A DNA stretch of 64,000 bases, from the sequence record PP968062.1, one strand, 5' to 3'. Position 1 is the first letter of the stretch; every line of letters starts with the position of its first letter. Below the pieces are notes generated by a model, which was not told where the DNA came from, did not search any database, and saw only the letters and a program-made list of their open reading frames with translations. Positions 28,195 through 37,580 of this stretch are shown here, piece after piece. The position numbers and the translations under genes were made by a program.

Positions 28195-29018
28195 TTCTTT
28201 TCCCTCACGTAGCTGAAGTTTCCACGCGTGTAGGTATTTTGGATCGGATGCTTTTCGATAATCTCATGGTTGGCCATCGAAAGCATGTTTTCAGTGAGTG
28301 CGGGAATATATTCCCCACCGATCATGTAACCGAGGTTCTTCCTTTCTTCATCGCCAATATGGCGTTGATACAAAGGTTGCTCATAGGTCACAATGAATAG
28401 ACCAGTACAACACTTGAAGATGATAAAGCATTGTCCGCGGAGGAACTTATATCTCCACTCCTGTTTTTTAATCTTCTCAATAGGGAACTGATATTCTTTA
28501 CTACCTTCACGGGAAATACGACGAATCTCACTTGCACATTTCTGTGCCCAGGATCCTTCACCGATGACATAAATGTCTTCGATCAAATCGTCATAACCGG
28601 GACGGAACTCGGCCTTTCTCCCACGGGCATTCTTGTAAATCTTGTACGAATGAACATCCGGACCAAACCAGAACGAATCAGTAAAATTTACAACATGGGG
28701 TGAACGATACACATTACGTGCAACCTTTACATCCACCTTCACGTCGCCGTTAAGGGTGAAGTCTTCGATATATGCCAGACGACGCATCAATTGATGATAC
28801 GGATAAAGTTTCTGTGTCTGTGTGCCCGGCAAATGAAAACGGAGAAGATGTGGTTCCACGTTATCGGAAATACGCATCCGATGATTCTTGGTGAGTTCAC
28901 TCAGATTGAATGACTTAATTTCCTCACGCGCAGCTCGCGCTACATATTTCGCATATTTATTTTCACCGTCATTAACGTAAATGTTCATGACAGCTGTGAC
29001 ACTTTCATTGAAGTTCAT
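28191..29018 (-). CDS. Hypothetical protein
   Basis: 275 aa; first gene after promoter at 29055. Confidence 0.8.
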   Translation of the reverse strand: MNFNESVTAVMNIYVNDGENKYAKYVARAAREEIKSFNLSELTKNHRMRISDNVEPHLLRFHLPGTQTQKLYPYHQLMRRLAYIEDFTLNGDVKVDVKVARNVYRSPHVVNFTDSFWFGPDVHSYKIYKNARGRKAEFRPGYDDLIEDIYVIGEGSWAQKCASEIRRISREGSKEYQFPIEKIKKQEWRYKFLRGQCFIIFKCCTGLFIVTYEQPLYQRHIGDEERKNLGYMIGGEYIPALTENMLSMANHEIIEKHPIQNTYTRGNFSYVREKK

Positions 29019-29054
29019 TGCATTTTCCTTTTGGTTTAGCTTAACGGCATAAAA

Positions 29055-29090
29055 GTAATATAGACCTCTAAACGGTTAGAATAGAGGTCT
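29055..29090 (-). promoter_or_regulatory. Early promoter (TATATTAC) beside an inverted repeat
   Basis: GTAATATA at 29055-29062; AGACCTCTA/TAGAGGTCT. Confidence 0.7.
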
Positions 29091-29096
29091 ACCTTT

Positions 29097-29309
29097 TTAG
29101 AACTTCAGTTCGTGCTCCCTGGCTTTGAACACCAGGGGACGTGTACGATCCTGAACACTGACCACAAATTGATCAGTACCAGGAATCTGACCGAGCAGGG
29201 TAAGGGGTTCATCCTTCTCTGCGCAGAGATAAGAAGTTCGGCCTTTCAAGGCCGAAGCTTCGATACGTTCATTTGCACGAACAGTAACACGATAGGTCAT
29301 TTTACTCAC
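29097..29309 (-). CDS. Small SH3-like beta protein
   Basis: CAEKDEPLTLLGQIPGTDQFVV pattern. Confidence 0.6.
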   Translation of the reverse strand: MSKMTYRVTVRANERIEASALKGRTSYLCAEKDEPLTLLGQIPGTDQFVVSVQDRTRPLVFKAREHELKF

Positions 29310-29866
29310 TCGAAATCAATTACACGCCAACGATCATACCCACATGCAGCGAGTAGACCGACTCGTTCCATAGCTGGTACGTAACCTGCCAACTTAACTT
29401 GCTGGAGTTCCCCGATATCCATCCCATGATGCAACGATTTCGCAATAGCCGTGTCCGGATACCACTGCGTCAACGGAATCGAGGTATTGTAGGTGTAACC
29501 GCAGAACACATCATAAACGTGATGATGTTCATTAATGAACAGGCAGTTACCCTGTGCGCCATTATCGTGATGGGTTTCTTGGATGAGTGCACGAATCTCA
29601 CTCAGGTGACCAGAGGTGAAGCTATTGTAGAACTGGTCAACGTCGTCGTCCCAAAGCAGATCACGAATACGACGAACCAGAGTATCTTCACCACCAACGA
29701 TGATACACTTGATTTTCTGTTTGCGTTCTTCCTGCGGGGGATGGTAGGTGTTATCATTGTTCTCATGGAAACGAATGACATGGGTATTGAAACCACAGTC
29801 CTTACGCCCAAAGAAAACAACCTGATCCCCGAAAACAGCTTGAGCAAAATGCATTTGACCTTTCAT
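29306..29866 (-). CDS. Hypothetical protein, possibly degenerate Ntn fold
   Basis: Strand/helix pattern like 22394-23071, no N-terminal Thr. Confidence 0.6.
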   Translation of the reverse strand: MKGQMHFAQAVFGDQVVFFGRKDCGFNTHVIRFHENNDNTYHPPQEERKQKIKCIIVGGEDTLVRRIRDLLWDDDVDQFYNSFTSGHLSEIRALIQETHHDNGAQGNCLFINEHHHVYDVFCGYTYNTSIPLTQWYPDTAIAKSLHHGMDIGELQQVKLAGYVPAMERVGLLAACGYDRWRVIDFE

Positions 29867-29868
29867 GA

Positions 29869-30210
29869 TTAATCTTCCAGAATGTGAAGGTTCTCGCCAC
29901 GTTCCAGGAACGGGAGGTACGTTTCGTAGTTGTTGATGACCCACTGACAGGATTCATGCTTCGGGGTATCCCTGAGGAACACGCGCATGAAGGTCAGAAG
30001 ATAGATCAGAGAGGCACGGTTGAAACTCAGACCAGCCTGTTCCCATTCTTCCTTGTATTGGCGGGCCTTATCGATGTGATAATCCAAACCCTCCAATGCA
30101 GCGATGTTAACACCATCGATAGCATTAGCCAAATCCTCGATCATGTACGGGAAAACCAGATCGACGTATTCAGCATGTTCGGTAGCATTTACTTGTTCAA
30201 TGATGTTCAT
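29869..30210 (-). CDS. Hypothetical protein
   Basis: ATGA overlap. Confidence 0.75.
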   Translation of the reverse strand: MNIIEQVNATEHAEYVDLVFPYMIEDLANAIDGVNIAALEGLDYHIDKARQYKEEWEQAGLSFNRASLIYLLTFMRVFLRDTPKHESCQWVINNYETYLPFLERGENLHILED

Positions 30211-30416
30211 ACTTCATTTCCTTGTTTGTAGTAGACAGATTTACGAGAGTTGAGGCAACGCGACATATCGCGGACGGGGAAGAGCCCGTCCGCGTATGCT
30301 GTTACCACCTGTGGTCTTGCCCGAGTGGGAATCTCAGCTACAGCTTTCATGGTTACAGGCAGTACGCCTTTACTGAGAATATCATCGACCAGCGCATTCC
30401 AGGCGGTATTTTTCAT
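30207..30416 (-). CDS. Hypothetical protein
   Basis: Coupled start/stop. Confidence 0.7.
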   Translation of the reverse strand: MKNTAWNALVDDILSKGVLPVTMKAVAEIPTRARPQVVTAYADGLFPVRDMSRCLNSRKSVYYKQGNEV

Positions 30417-31192
30417 TAGCGGTTGACCTGTTCGCGATAGTCACGATCAGCCAGTGCCAACAGAGACCAGGAAGTCGCTACCGGCAGTTCACGGCAATCA
30501 GTAGCTACATGTTCAACGGTGTAACCCGCTACGCGTTCAGCCACGATATCGATCTGCCAATTTGGATCAGTGATCTGCTTGATCGCTTTCGGACGCGCCA
30601 GATCGTACACAATGCCCTGGAAGGTAATACCAATGACGTTAACCTTACCAGCTGCACGCTTAGAGATCTCGACCATGTCGGATTCTTTCAACAGGTGAGT
30701 ACGACGTACGATGTGTTGCAGATAACGACGAGCGCTACGCATGGCGTTATGTTCGCCCATGAAGTAGAACTGGCTGATGAAAATATGCTCGTTGTTATCA
30801 GTACGGATCTGAACCGGACGAGGAAACCCACTACCGATACCCAGGTTCAGAGTGGTCTTTTTGTCCATGGCGTAGAAGTCCACATACTTCTTACGCAGCA
30901 TATAGAGTTCACCAGTGGGAGTCAGATAGATCTTGGTGGCGCTGGAATCATCTACTTCGACTTCATTCAGTTCGCAATAGATACCCAGACCTTGTACAAC
31001 CGATTGTGCTTGTAGTAGCCGTTCTTCAGTGAGGCGTTTCGAATAGGTCACCAGTGTATCTGCGATTACACCAACAAGCAGGTTCTCACCATTGCAGGGA
31101 ATGATCTCCATACCGATCAGTTCTACAAGCTCTAGAGCCAGCTTTACTTTCTCCGCATCATAGCGGTCATAAATACCAATGAACTTAGCCAT
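30416..31192 (-). CDS. Hypothetical protein
   Basis: 258 aa, GAGGA RBS. Confidence 0.8.
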   Translation of the reverse strand: MAKFIGIYDRYDAEKVKLALELVELIGMEIIPCNGENLLVGVIADTLVTYSKRLTEERLLQAQSVVQGLGIYCELNEVEVDDSSATKIYLTPTGELYMLRKKYVDFYAMDKKTTLNLGIGSGFPRPVQIRTDNNEHIFISQFYFMGEHNAMRSARRYLQHIVRRTHLLKESDMVEISKRAAGKVNVIGITFQGIVYDLARPKAIKQITDPNWQIDIVAERVAGYTVEHVATDCRELPVATSWSLLALADRDYREQVNR

Positions 31193-31254
31193 TTCTCATT
31201 TTCCTCTTTTGGTTGAAGTAATTACATACAACAGGGTTTGGGAGTATATTCTTA

Positions 31255-31345
31255 CTCGGTACAGCTACTCTTGAGGTAGCTGAGATCCGAGGAACAATAA
31301 TGCTCGATTGTATCGGGAGTTTAATACTCATTTCGGATGTACCTA
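31255..31345 (-). ncRNA. Candidate multibranch RNA or structured leader H
   Basis: GGTACA/TGTACC closes AGCTAC/GTAGCT and ATCCGA/TCGGAT arms with inner hairpins. Confidence 0.45.
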
Positions 31346-31435
31346 AAGGTAGTGTATATTTAAAAGAAGAATAAAGAGGGGTAATCTCCCCCTCATTAGA
31401 TCAAGGTGATCCAGTATAAAATTCCTTATCTTTTT

Positions 31436-31672
31436 TTAGATAAGGTTATTGCTCCAGGTGAAACCATCAGGAGCATTCTTACTAAAGAACTCATTACCCC
31501 AACCAAAAGAAATCTTAAAGTCTTTAACTACACCTGAATCGGAGTTAATAACTTTATATTCACTAACCTCATCGCTATTCTGCAATACAATCAACAGAGC
31601 GATAAGATCTTCAGGATTGCCAATACAGAGCTCATGACGCTTGTCATGCCTCTTAAAGATAACTGTCAGCAT
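31436..31672 (-). CDS. Hypothetical protein
   Basis: GAGG RBS, AT-rich. Confidence 0.65.
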   Translation of the reverse strand: MLTVIFKRHDKRHELCIGNPEDLIALLIVLQNSDEVSEYKVINSDSGVVKDFKISFGWGNEFFSKNAPDGFTWSNNLI

Positions 31673-31713
31673 ATCAAACCTCGTGACGAAATAAAGAGAG
31701 CTCCGAAGAGCTC

Positions 31714-32229
31714 TCAGAATCTGTACATCAAAACATCGTCAGGATAACGACGTAGTAGAACTCTAAAGTCCGTATCCATAGGAGCTGTAGTGATGGTAAC
31801 AACTTTACCCTTCATTACTTCTCGAATGTTAACTTCTTCAACAGTGACATTATGGATTGTCTTACGAGTAGTCCATTCAGTGTCAATGTTGTTATACGGG
31901 TTATTGTTCTTCTGCCATCCATCAGACTCTCTGAAAGGAATGGTGTATACGTAGATAGTCAGCTTGAGGAACTCTTCAAGCGTGATCAGTCGGTCAGCAA
32001 AGATCCAGATGTCTCCATTGATCTCTACGAATCGATGAGAGTTAAACTCTTTCTCTACCGCGCTACCAATACCTAACAATTCAGCCTCTCGTTTGTCAGA
32101 GGACGCGTACAGGTTAAGGTTAGATTCAACCCCATCCCAAACGGTTAACTTACCTGACCTTTTAAAGCCCGGCATGAGTTCCTTCTGCTTGTAGAGAGAA
32201 CCGTGATACAACAGCTCTGGTTTGTCCAT
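31714..32229 (-). CDS. ADP-ribosyltransferase-fold protein
   Basis: LLYHGS strand-1 motif, LYASSD strand-2 motif, IYVYT. Confidence 0.55.
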   Translation of the reverse strand: MDKPELLYHGSLYKQKELMPGFKRSGKLTVWDGVESNLNLYASSDKREAELLGIGSAVEKEFNSHRFVEINGDIWIFADRLITLEEFLKLTIYVYTIPFRESDGWQKNNNPYNNIDTEWTTRKTIHNVTVEEVNIREVMKGKVVTITTAPMDTDFRVLLRRYPDDVLMYRF

Positions 32230-32293
32230 GGTGCGATTCTCTTAATAAACTCATACGATGGATGCCTTTTACGACATCCATCGCTAGAGAGCC

Positions 32294-32668
32294 TTACAGA
32301 GCCTTGTAGCTATCGTCCATGTCGATGGGGGAACCCATATGGAGTTGGAAGCGATCGAATAGGCTATCCATGTTCACTCGCAGTGCACGGATGTTCATGC
32401 GATTGTCTTCCGGGCGGCCTTCGGATTCCCATACCTCATGTGCGATACCAGGAGCGACGTTATTCAGGTAATCCTGAACTTCGTCTTCTTCGAGCAACAG
32501 AGTGCCTTGTAAACCGATACGAGAGATCAGCGCGTAATCACGTTGATTCGCTTTCTTAGAACCCTCACGTACCAGATAACTGGTGCCAGCGCCCGAACGG
32601 CAACCAACGCCGTGGATTTCAACGATGTACTTATCGTGCCAAGTGTGATTCATGGAAATCTTCTCCAT
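32294..32668 (-). CDS. Hypothetical protein
   Basis: Operon packing. Confidence 0.72.
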   Translation of the reverse strand: MEKISMNHTWHDKYIVEIHGVGCRSGAGTSYLVREGSKKANQRDYALISRIGLQGTLLLEEDEVQDYLNNVAPGIAHEVWESEGRPEDNRMNIRALRVNMDSLFDRFQLHMGSPIDMDDSYKAL

Positions 32669-33217
32669 TTATTCAACTCGTTTGTAATCAGCCGGAAGAT
32701 GGTTACCTTCCCGTTTCATTACCAGGGGAACGGACAGAGTAACGCCGTCCGCCAGTTTCTCCAGAATGCGGTTAACCGCTGCTGCTTCCTGGAGGTTGGT
32801 GCACGGCATTGCGATGGCGTCACCGTAGTACGGACTGTGGTTGATGCTGTCGCCGAACAGGCTATCGACGAAACCGTATTCCAGGCAATCTACAGTAGTC
32901 ATGATAACGACAACGTTGTCATCACCAATCATACCGCTTTCGCGATCACCTACGATCTTCAAGCGTTGTTTCCACCCACGTTGGCAGATCCACACTTCAT
33001 GATAGCGGTAGGGGAACAGCGTTGCCCCGGTCATGGGATCGACTTCACTCACGAAGTACATGGTACCATAGGACGTATCACGGAAGATACCGCCGTCCTT
33101 GTGTTGCTCCCACACTTCTTCGAGACAGTGGGTGTGCTTGTTGATGAACTCGCCATCATTGTTCAGGGTTTCCACGATACCGTCACGGATACGGACAACG
33201 TGCAGGGTTTTGGTCAT
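32669..33217 (-). CDS. Hypothetical protein
   Basis: GAGGA RBS. Confidence 0.75.
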   Translation of the reverse strand: MTKTLHVVRIRDGIVETLNNDGEFINKHTHCLEEVWEQHKDGGIFRDTSYGTMYFVSEVDPMTGATLFPYRYHEVWICQRGWKQRLKIVGDRESGMIGDDNVVVIMTTVDCLEYGFVDSLFGDSINHSPYYGDAIAMPCTNLQEAAAVNRILEKLADGVTLSVPLVMKREGNHLPADYKRVE

Positions 33218-33228
33218 GTTGTTTCCTC

Positions 33229-33675
33229 TTAATAGTTTCTGAAGCGTTCTTGGGTTACTTTCTCAGCCAGACGATCAATGACGTAGTTACGACCTACAGT
33301 GAACTGGAGTTTCTGAGGTCCGCTCAACTCTTCCCATTCGGTCAGATGAGGCAGATCCGAGACTTGATCGTATTGTGCTTTATTAAGCTTCGCGATCATC
33401 TCCCACACGTAAGGACCCCCGATAAACCAACGTAGACCCGTGAAGGTATCCCAGTCAGTCAGCTTCACGCCGTAGAGACTGAGATCAACTCCTGCTTCTT
33501 CTGCCATCTTACAGGTCTTTTTATAGGCATCGAATACCGCACGAAGGCGATGGTCGAAACCATCACCCTCGCACATTTCGATAGCTACGATCAACATCGG
33601 AAACGTATCACTGTAGAACTTGATTAGTTTCCGGTTTGCTGCCTCTTTAGCTTTCTGCTGTTGCGTCTTTGCCAT
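33229..33675 (-). CDS. Hypothetical protein, paralog family P1
   Basis: KMAEEAGV...WEMIAKLN...LTEWEELS. Confidence 0.75.
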   Translation of the reverse strand: MAKTQQQKAKEAANRKLIKFYSDTFPMLIVAIEMCEGDGFDHRLRAVFDAYKKTCKMAEEAGVDLSLYGVKLTDWDTFTGLRWFIGGPYVWEMIAKLNKAQYDQVSDLPHLTEWEELSGPQKLQFTVGRNYVIDRLAEKVTQERFRNY

Positions 33676-34123
33676 TTTGAATTTCCCTGAACTCAGCGAA
33701 GAGTTCTTTTTGATTGTCGTAGTGACGGAAGGCTTTGTTCAGAACACTGATCGCACGCCCGAACATCTTGCGATCTTCACGAGAATGCTCTGACCAGGTC
33801 GGAATGCGACGACGTTTAACCTGCTCGTTGAGATGGCCAACCATATCCCAGAAGGCATAGGTGATCATCCAGTTGGCATGTTCATAGACCGAGTAGTTAT
33901 CCGGATTGACGTCACAGACATCTATCTGCAAACCTGCTTCCTTTGCATAAGCCATGATGCGCTTATGCTTAGTCAGCAACTGGGTCATTACGTCTTCGTT
34001 CGGAATCCCCTTACCAAAGAAGGTGTGGAGATTCTTTATCTGGAGCATGTAGCCGCGGTAACCTTTACTGAAAAAGGAATTCCGCATTTCAGAGCGAGTG
34101 CTACTTTTCTTTACCTCAATCAT
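33647..34123 (-). CDS. Hypothetical protein, paralog family P1
   Basis: MAYAKEAGL...WDMVGHLN...IPTWSEHS. Confidence 0.75.
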   Translation of the reverse strand: MIEVKKSSTRSEMRNSFFSKGYRGYMLQIKNLHTFFGKGIPNEDVMTQLLTKHKRIMAYAKEAGLQIDVCDVNPDNYSVYEHANWMITYAFWDMVGHLNEQVKRRRIPTWSEHSREDRKMFGRAISVLNKAFRHYDNQKELFAEFREIQNGKDATAES

Positions 34124-34706
34124 CTTTACGCTCCACACGACCACCCAGGTTGTACTGGACCTTGAACTGCATCATCACCGGAGTGTTAGTCTGGGGACGC
34201 TCGGGGATCTCGTGATATTCACCGTCGAAACGAGTGAACGTCATTTCCCCTTGCAGCGCTTTGTAGATACTTGGCATGTAGTGAACATACCAGAGTTGAT
34301 CATCTTTCAGTGCATAATGACCGAAGCTATTTGTGTTGCGTGCATCGGTAACAACACGAATGTTCTTACCGAGTACATCACCGATGAACGCCAGATGATC
34401 ATCCAGTTCCATACCTTCAGCGGCATTGAACGTAGTGATGACTTCAGGTGCCAGGTACATCTCACGGAGAGTGTCATTGAGCGGATAGATCAGATGAGTC
34501 TCAACACCTTCCAACCACTTACCGAACTTACCCAGGTGATCCTGTTTGTCGGTACCAACCAATACTGTATCATCGTCATACGGCAGGGTAATCAGATCGT
34601 ACCCCTCGGCACGGGCACGTTGATGACCACAACCGTGGAAGTTGATACGCAACAGAGCCATGGCTTGAAGTTTGCCTCGGAGGGCTTCCAGAGTCACTCG
34701 TGACAT
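34116..34706 (-). CDS. Hypothetical protein
   Basis: GAGGA RBS. Confidence 0.75.
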   Translation of the reverse strand: MSRVTLEALRGKLQAMALLRINFHGCGHQRARAEGYDLITLPYDDDTVLVGTDKQDHLGKFGKWLEGVETHLIYPLNDTLREMYLAPEVITTFNAAEGMELDDHLAFIGDVLGKNIRVVTDARNTNSFGHYALKDDQLWYVHYMPSIYKALQGEMTFTRFDGEYHEIPERPQTNTPVMMQFKVQYNLGGRVERKDD

Positions 34707-34716
34707 TTTCTATTCC

Positions 34717-35178
34717 TCAGAATACCTTGTTAATGATGGCTGCGCGGAAGCGAGACCACTCAGTTTGACTAACTGCCAGGTGACGTTCTTTCGGACGCCA
34801 CAGGTGATCGCCACAATCGAGACCCAGGTAAAGCATGTTCGCTTTCCATTGGTTCCGATGGTTACGCAGAGTAGCAGACAGACTGAACTCGCACATGACT
34901 TCGTCAACATCCAGATGAACCAGAGTTTCACTGGTCATACCGCTCATACTGATGCCGAGTGCTTTACGCACCCGGATCAGATCTTCGGTCATCGTCCGCC
35001 ATGTCCGGATATGGGCATAGTACTCATCCGGAGTCATGCTGTTCTTGTAGTACAGGCCGCCCGGAGTCATTGCCATCCAATCCGGGAACTGCGAAACTAT
35101 GTAATACATCCAATCACTGTTGTGACGGAGTTCGTTCAGCTTTTCTTGGATCACGAGGTTAGTGGTTGCCTTAGCCAT
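34717..35178 (-). CDS. Hypothetical protein, paralog family P2
   Basis: FPDWMAMTPGGLYYK...QWK...LWRPKER. Confidence 0.78.
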   Translation of the reverse strand: MAKATTNLVIQEKLNELRHNSDWMYYIVSQFPDWMAMTPGGLYYKNSMTPDEYYAHIRTWRTMTEDLIRVRKALGISMSGMTSETLVHLDVDEVMCEFSLSATLRNHRNQWKANMLYLGLDCGDHLWRPKERHLAVSQTEWSRFRAAIINKVF

Positions 35179-35633
35179 TAGACAGTTACCTCGCGCAGAT
35201 ACTCGATAACTGCTTCCTGGAATTCCAACCAGATAGCACGCATATCGACATCATCACGTTGACGAGCACGCCATACATCCGACTCACTCGGAAGCTCCAA
35301 GGCTTTGCAGATATCGCGCCATTGGTGCAGGTATTTACGAATACCAGCAGGAGTGTAAACTACCACCATCGCATCGACGGTAGCCAGTTTGACGAAAGCC
35401 TCGTCTTCGTTCGGCATACCACCCCAGCTAACATCGATCTCACGAACGAGATCGTTCAGTTCAGCCAGGCGATTGTGAAACTCGATCACACCTTCACGAC
35501 CCGGCTTGTAGTTCAGACCAGAAGGCATGGTGCGCATCATGGCCGGGAACAGTTCAGTCAGGACAGCGTAGTAACGTTCATCCTTGGCAAGTTCACGGAG
35601 TTTGTTTTCGAGCATGGAGTTAATCTTAGGCAT
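35178..35633 (-). CDS. Hypothetical protein, paralog family P2
   Basis: FPAMMRTMPSGLNYK...QWR...VWRARQR. Confidence 0.78.
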   Translation of the reverse strand: MPKINSMLENKLRELAKDERYYAVLTELFPAMMRTMPSGLNYKPGREGVIEFHNRLAELNDLVREIDVSWGGMPNEDEAFVKLATVDAMVVVYTPAGIRKYLHQWRDICKALELPSESDVWRARQRDDVDMRAIWLEFQEAVIEYLREVTV

Positions 35634-35660
35634 TTCTATTTCCTCAGGGCTTGATGGAAT

Positions 35661-36179
35661 TTAAACGGTTGCAGGTTTTGGTTTGACGGACTTGATGATC
35701 TCGCTGTACGACATCCAGTTATAGTTGGTGAAGAACTCCGGATGATTTGCTTTCAGCCATTTAACGAACTTATCCAGTTCGACTTCCCGTACGATACCAT
35801 TACCATAGAGATCTCGACGGCATGGATGATCTTCGGGTATTTCAGCGCAATGTGCCTCGTGCATTTGTCGCAACAACTCCAACAAATTTTCTTTACGTCC
35901 AATCATGAACGTAAACACATGCACTGGATCCCAACCGGTCATAGTGGTCCATACGGATTTATTAGCTGTCAGGTTTTCGAGTTTAAGCTCTTTCACCTTA
36001 TCCATCAGTAGTTTACATTGAACAAGCATCCCTCGTAGCTGTTCTTCCGGATCTCCGTCAATAATCCAGTGAGAACCGCCAGGCATATAACCGCAGAAGG
36101 TGTAAAGGCTATCACGCAAATATGCATGACGACCGCGTTCCAAAGCTTCTGCTTTCTTTTGTTCCTTAGATTTAGCCAT
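35661..36179 (-). CDS. Hypothetical protein, distant P1 paralog
   Basis: MAKSKEQKKAEA start resembles MAKTQQQKAKEA. Confidence 0.72.
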   Translation of the reverse strand: MAKSKEQKKAEALERGRHAYLRDSLYTFCGYMPGGSHWIIDGDPEEQLRGMLVQCKLLMDKVKELKLENLTANKSVWTTMTGWDPVHVFTFMIGRKENLLELLRQMHEAHCAEIPEDHPCRRDLYGNGIVREVELDKFVKWLKANHPEFFTNYNWMSYSEIIKSVKPKPATV

Positions 36180-36615
36180 TTTCATAACCCTCGTCAGATT
36201 TGTAAGTGCGTTCTGGACTGAACACGTACTTGATGTCATGAATCACCGCTGTGATATAGACCTGATATTCTTTTGAAATAGACTCCATCTGTTCTACAGT
36301 CACTTCTTCCAAAGACGAGATCTTGGCATAAGCGTCATCAAGAAGATCATCATCATTGCCGAACAACCATCCCCGGTCAGAGGAACTGATAACCGGATAA
36401 TGAACCCAGGTACGGATATAAGGCTTACCCAGATGGATCACCTGAATGACCTCATTGTGGGATTGACCTTTCTTTTTGTTCACGTACTTGACATGACGCT
36501 CAATGTACGCATAGATACCCGAGCAATGCTCGTTGGCGTAAGCGGCCAATTCGAAACCGTACTTATGGCCTACGTTGTTGGGATCACGACGCCATTGCGG
36601 AATGAAAGCTTTCAT
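36172..36615 (-). CDS. Hypothetical protein
   Basis: ATGA overlap. Confidence 0.72.
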   Translation of the reverse strand: MKAFIPQWRRDPNNVGHKYGFELAAYANEHCSGIYAYIERHVKYVNKKKGQSHNEVIQVIHLGKPYIRTWVHYPVISSSDRGWLFGNDDDLLDDAYAKISSLEEVTVEQMESISKEYQVYITAVIHDIKYVFSPERTYKSDEGYENG

Positions 36616-37127
36616 TTGAATTCGTACCATCCATAAATAGTCAGATCGAGGTCTTTCCAGAACAACTGGGAAAACTCCTCGAAGGTATCGGCATTCTCCA
36701 GTTCGTCCAACTCGACGTCAGGAGATTTAACGAAGCTCATCCCCGTCTCGGGATAAACGTCAGTGATGATGCGAGTGGTGTTGTCCGAATAGTCACGAGT
36801 GAACGTGGTTACGGAACGATCGGTGAACAGAGCGACACTGAGATCACCTTTATGGTTACCCAATTCGTCAGTTACAGCGTCGATGATATCGACATCGATA
36901 ATGTTGCCGCCGAAGTCGAGGATCTTCAGACGGTTACGAACCAGCTCACTGGCTACCCAATCATCGGATTTGATGACCAGGAGTTTAGCTACCTCGCCAT
37001 TGTAGGTAACCAGATCATCCGCACCTTCTACACGGAGGCTCCAGTCGAAACGGATGTCGGTATCCCCGACACCTTTGTCATGAGCGATGATGACGCCTTG
37101 TTTGCCATAAACTACGATGTGCTTCAT
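36612..37127 (-). CDS. Hypothetical protein, possibly degenerate Ntn fold
   Basis: MKHIVVYGKQGVIIAHD N-terminal hairpin. Confidence 0.65.
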   Translation of the reverse strand: MKHIVVYGKQGVIIAHDKGVGDTDIRFDWSLRVEGADDLVTYNGEVAKLLVIKSDDWVASELVRNRLKILDFGGNIIDVDIIDAVTDELGNHKGDLSVALFTDRSVTTFTRDYSDNTTRIITDVYPETGMSFVKSPDVELDELENADTFEEFSQLFWKDLDLTIYGWYEFK

Positions 37128-37144
37128 TTGTATATTCCTTTTGA

Positions 37145-37525
37145 TTAATTGAAACGACTAAATGCATTCCACCACTCTTCATCACGAATGTGAAGAGTCG
37201 TGCACAGATCGATGATCGCGTCGAAGAGCAGAACGGTTGTCGGATTCCGTCCAATGAACTCGCGCTGGAAAGAAGTGAAGATAGCGATGATGTTATCACC
37301 GTCTTCAGTATCGAACAGGATCTGGTCATGGACCAGTGCCATGTCGTAGAAGTCGACTTTATTCAGAGTTTCAAGAAGAACTTCAAGTCGCTTGAGAGCG
37401 GTGTTCAGCTCGAAAACGATGACCGGGTTGCAACCACGGTCTTTATGGTGATGCATGCGATGCTTGGAGATACGCTCTACGATCAAGCGAGGAAGACCTT
37501 GTACATCTACGAGTTTACCTTTCAT
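37145..37525 (-). CDS. Hypothetical protein
   Basis: AAGGA RBS. Confidence 0.72.
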   Translation of the reverse strand: MKGKLVDVQGLPRLIVERISKHRMHHHKDRGCNPVIVFELNTALKRLEVLLETLNKVDFYDMALVHDQILFDTEDGDNIIAIFTSFQREFIGRNPTTVLLFDAIIDLCTTLHIRDEEWWNAFSRFN

Positions 37526-37580
37526 TTTGATTTTCCTTTTTTGCGAAATAAATGCCCTCCCGAAGGAGGGCGATATGTTG

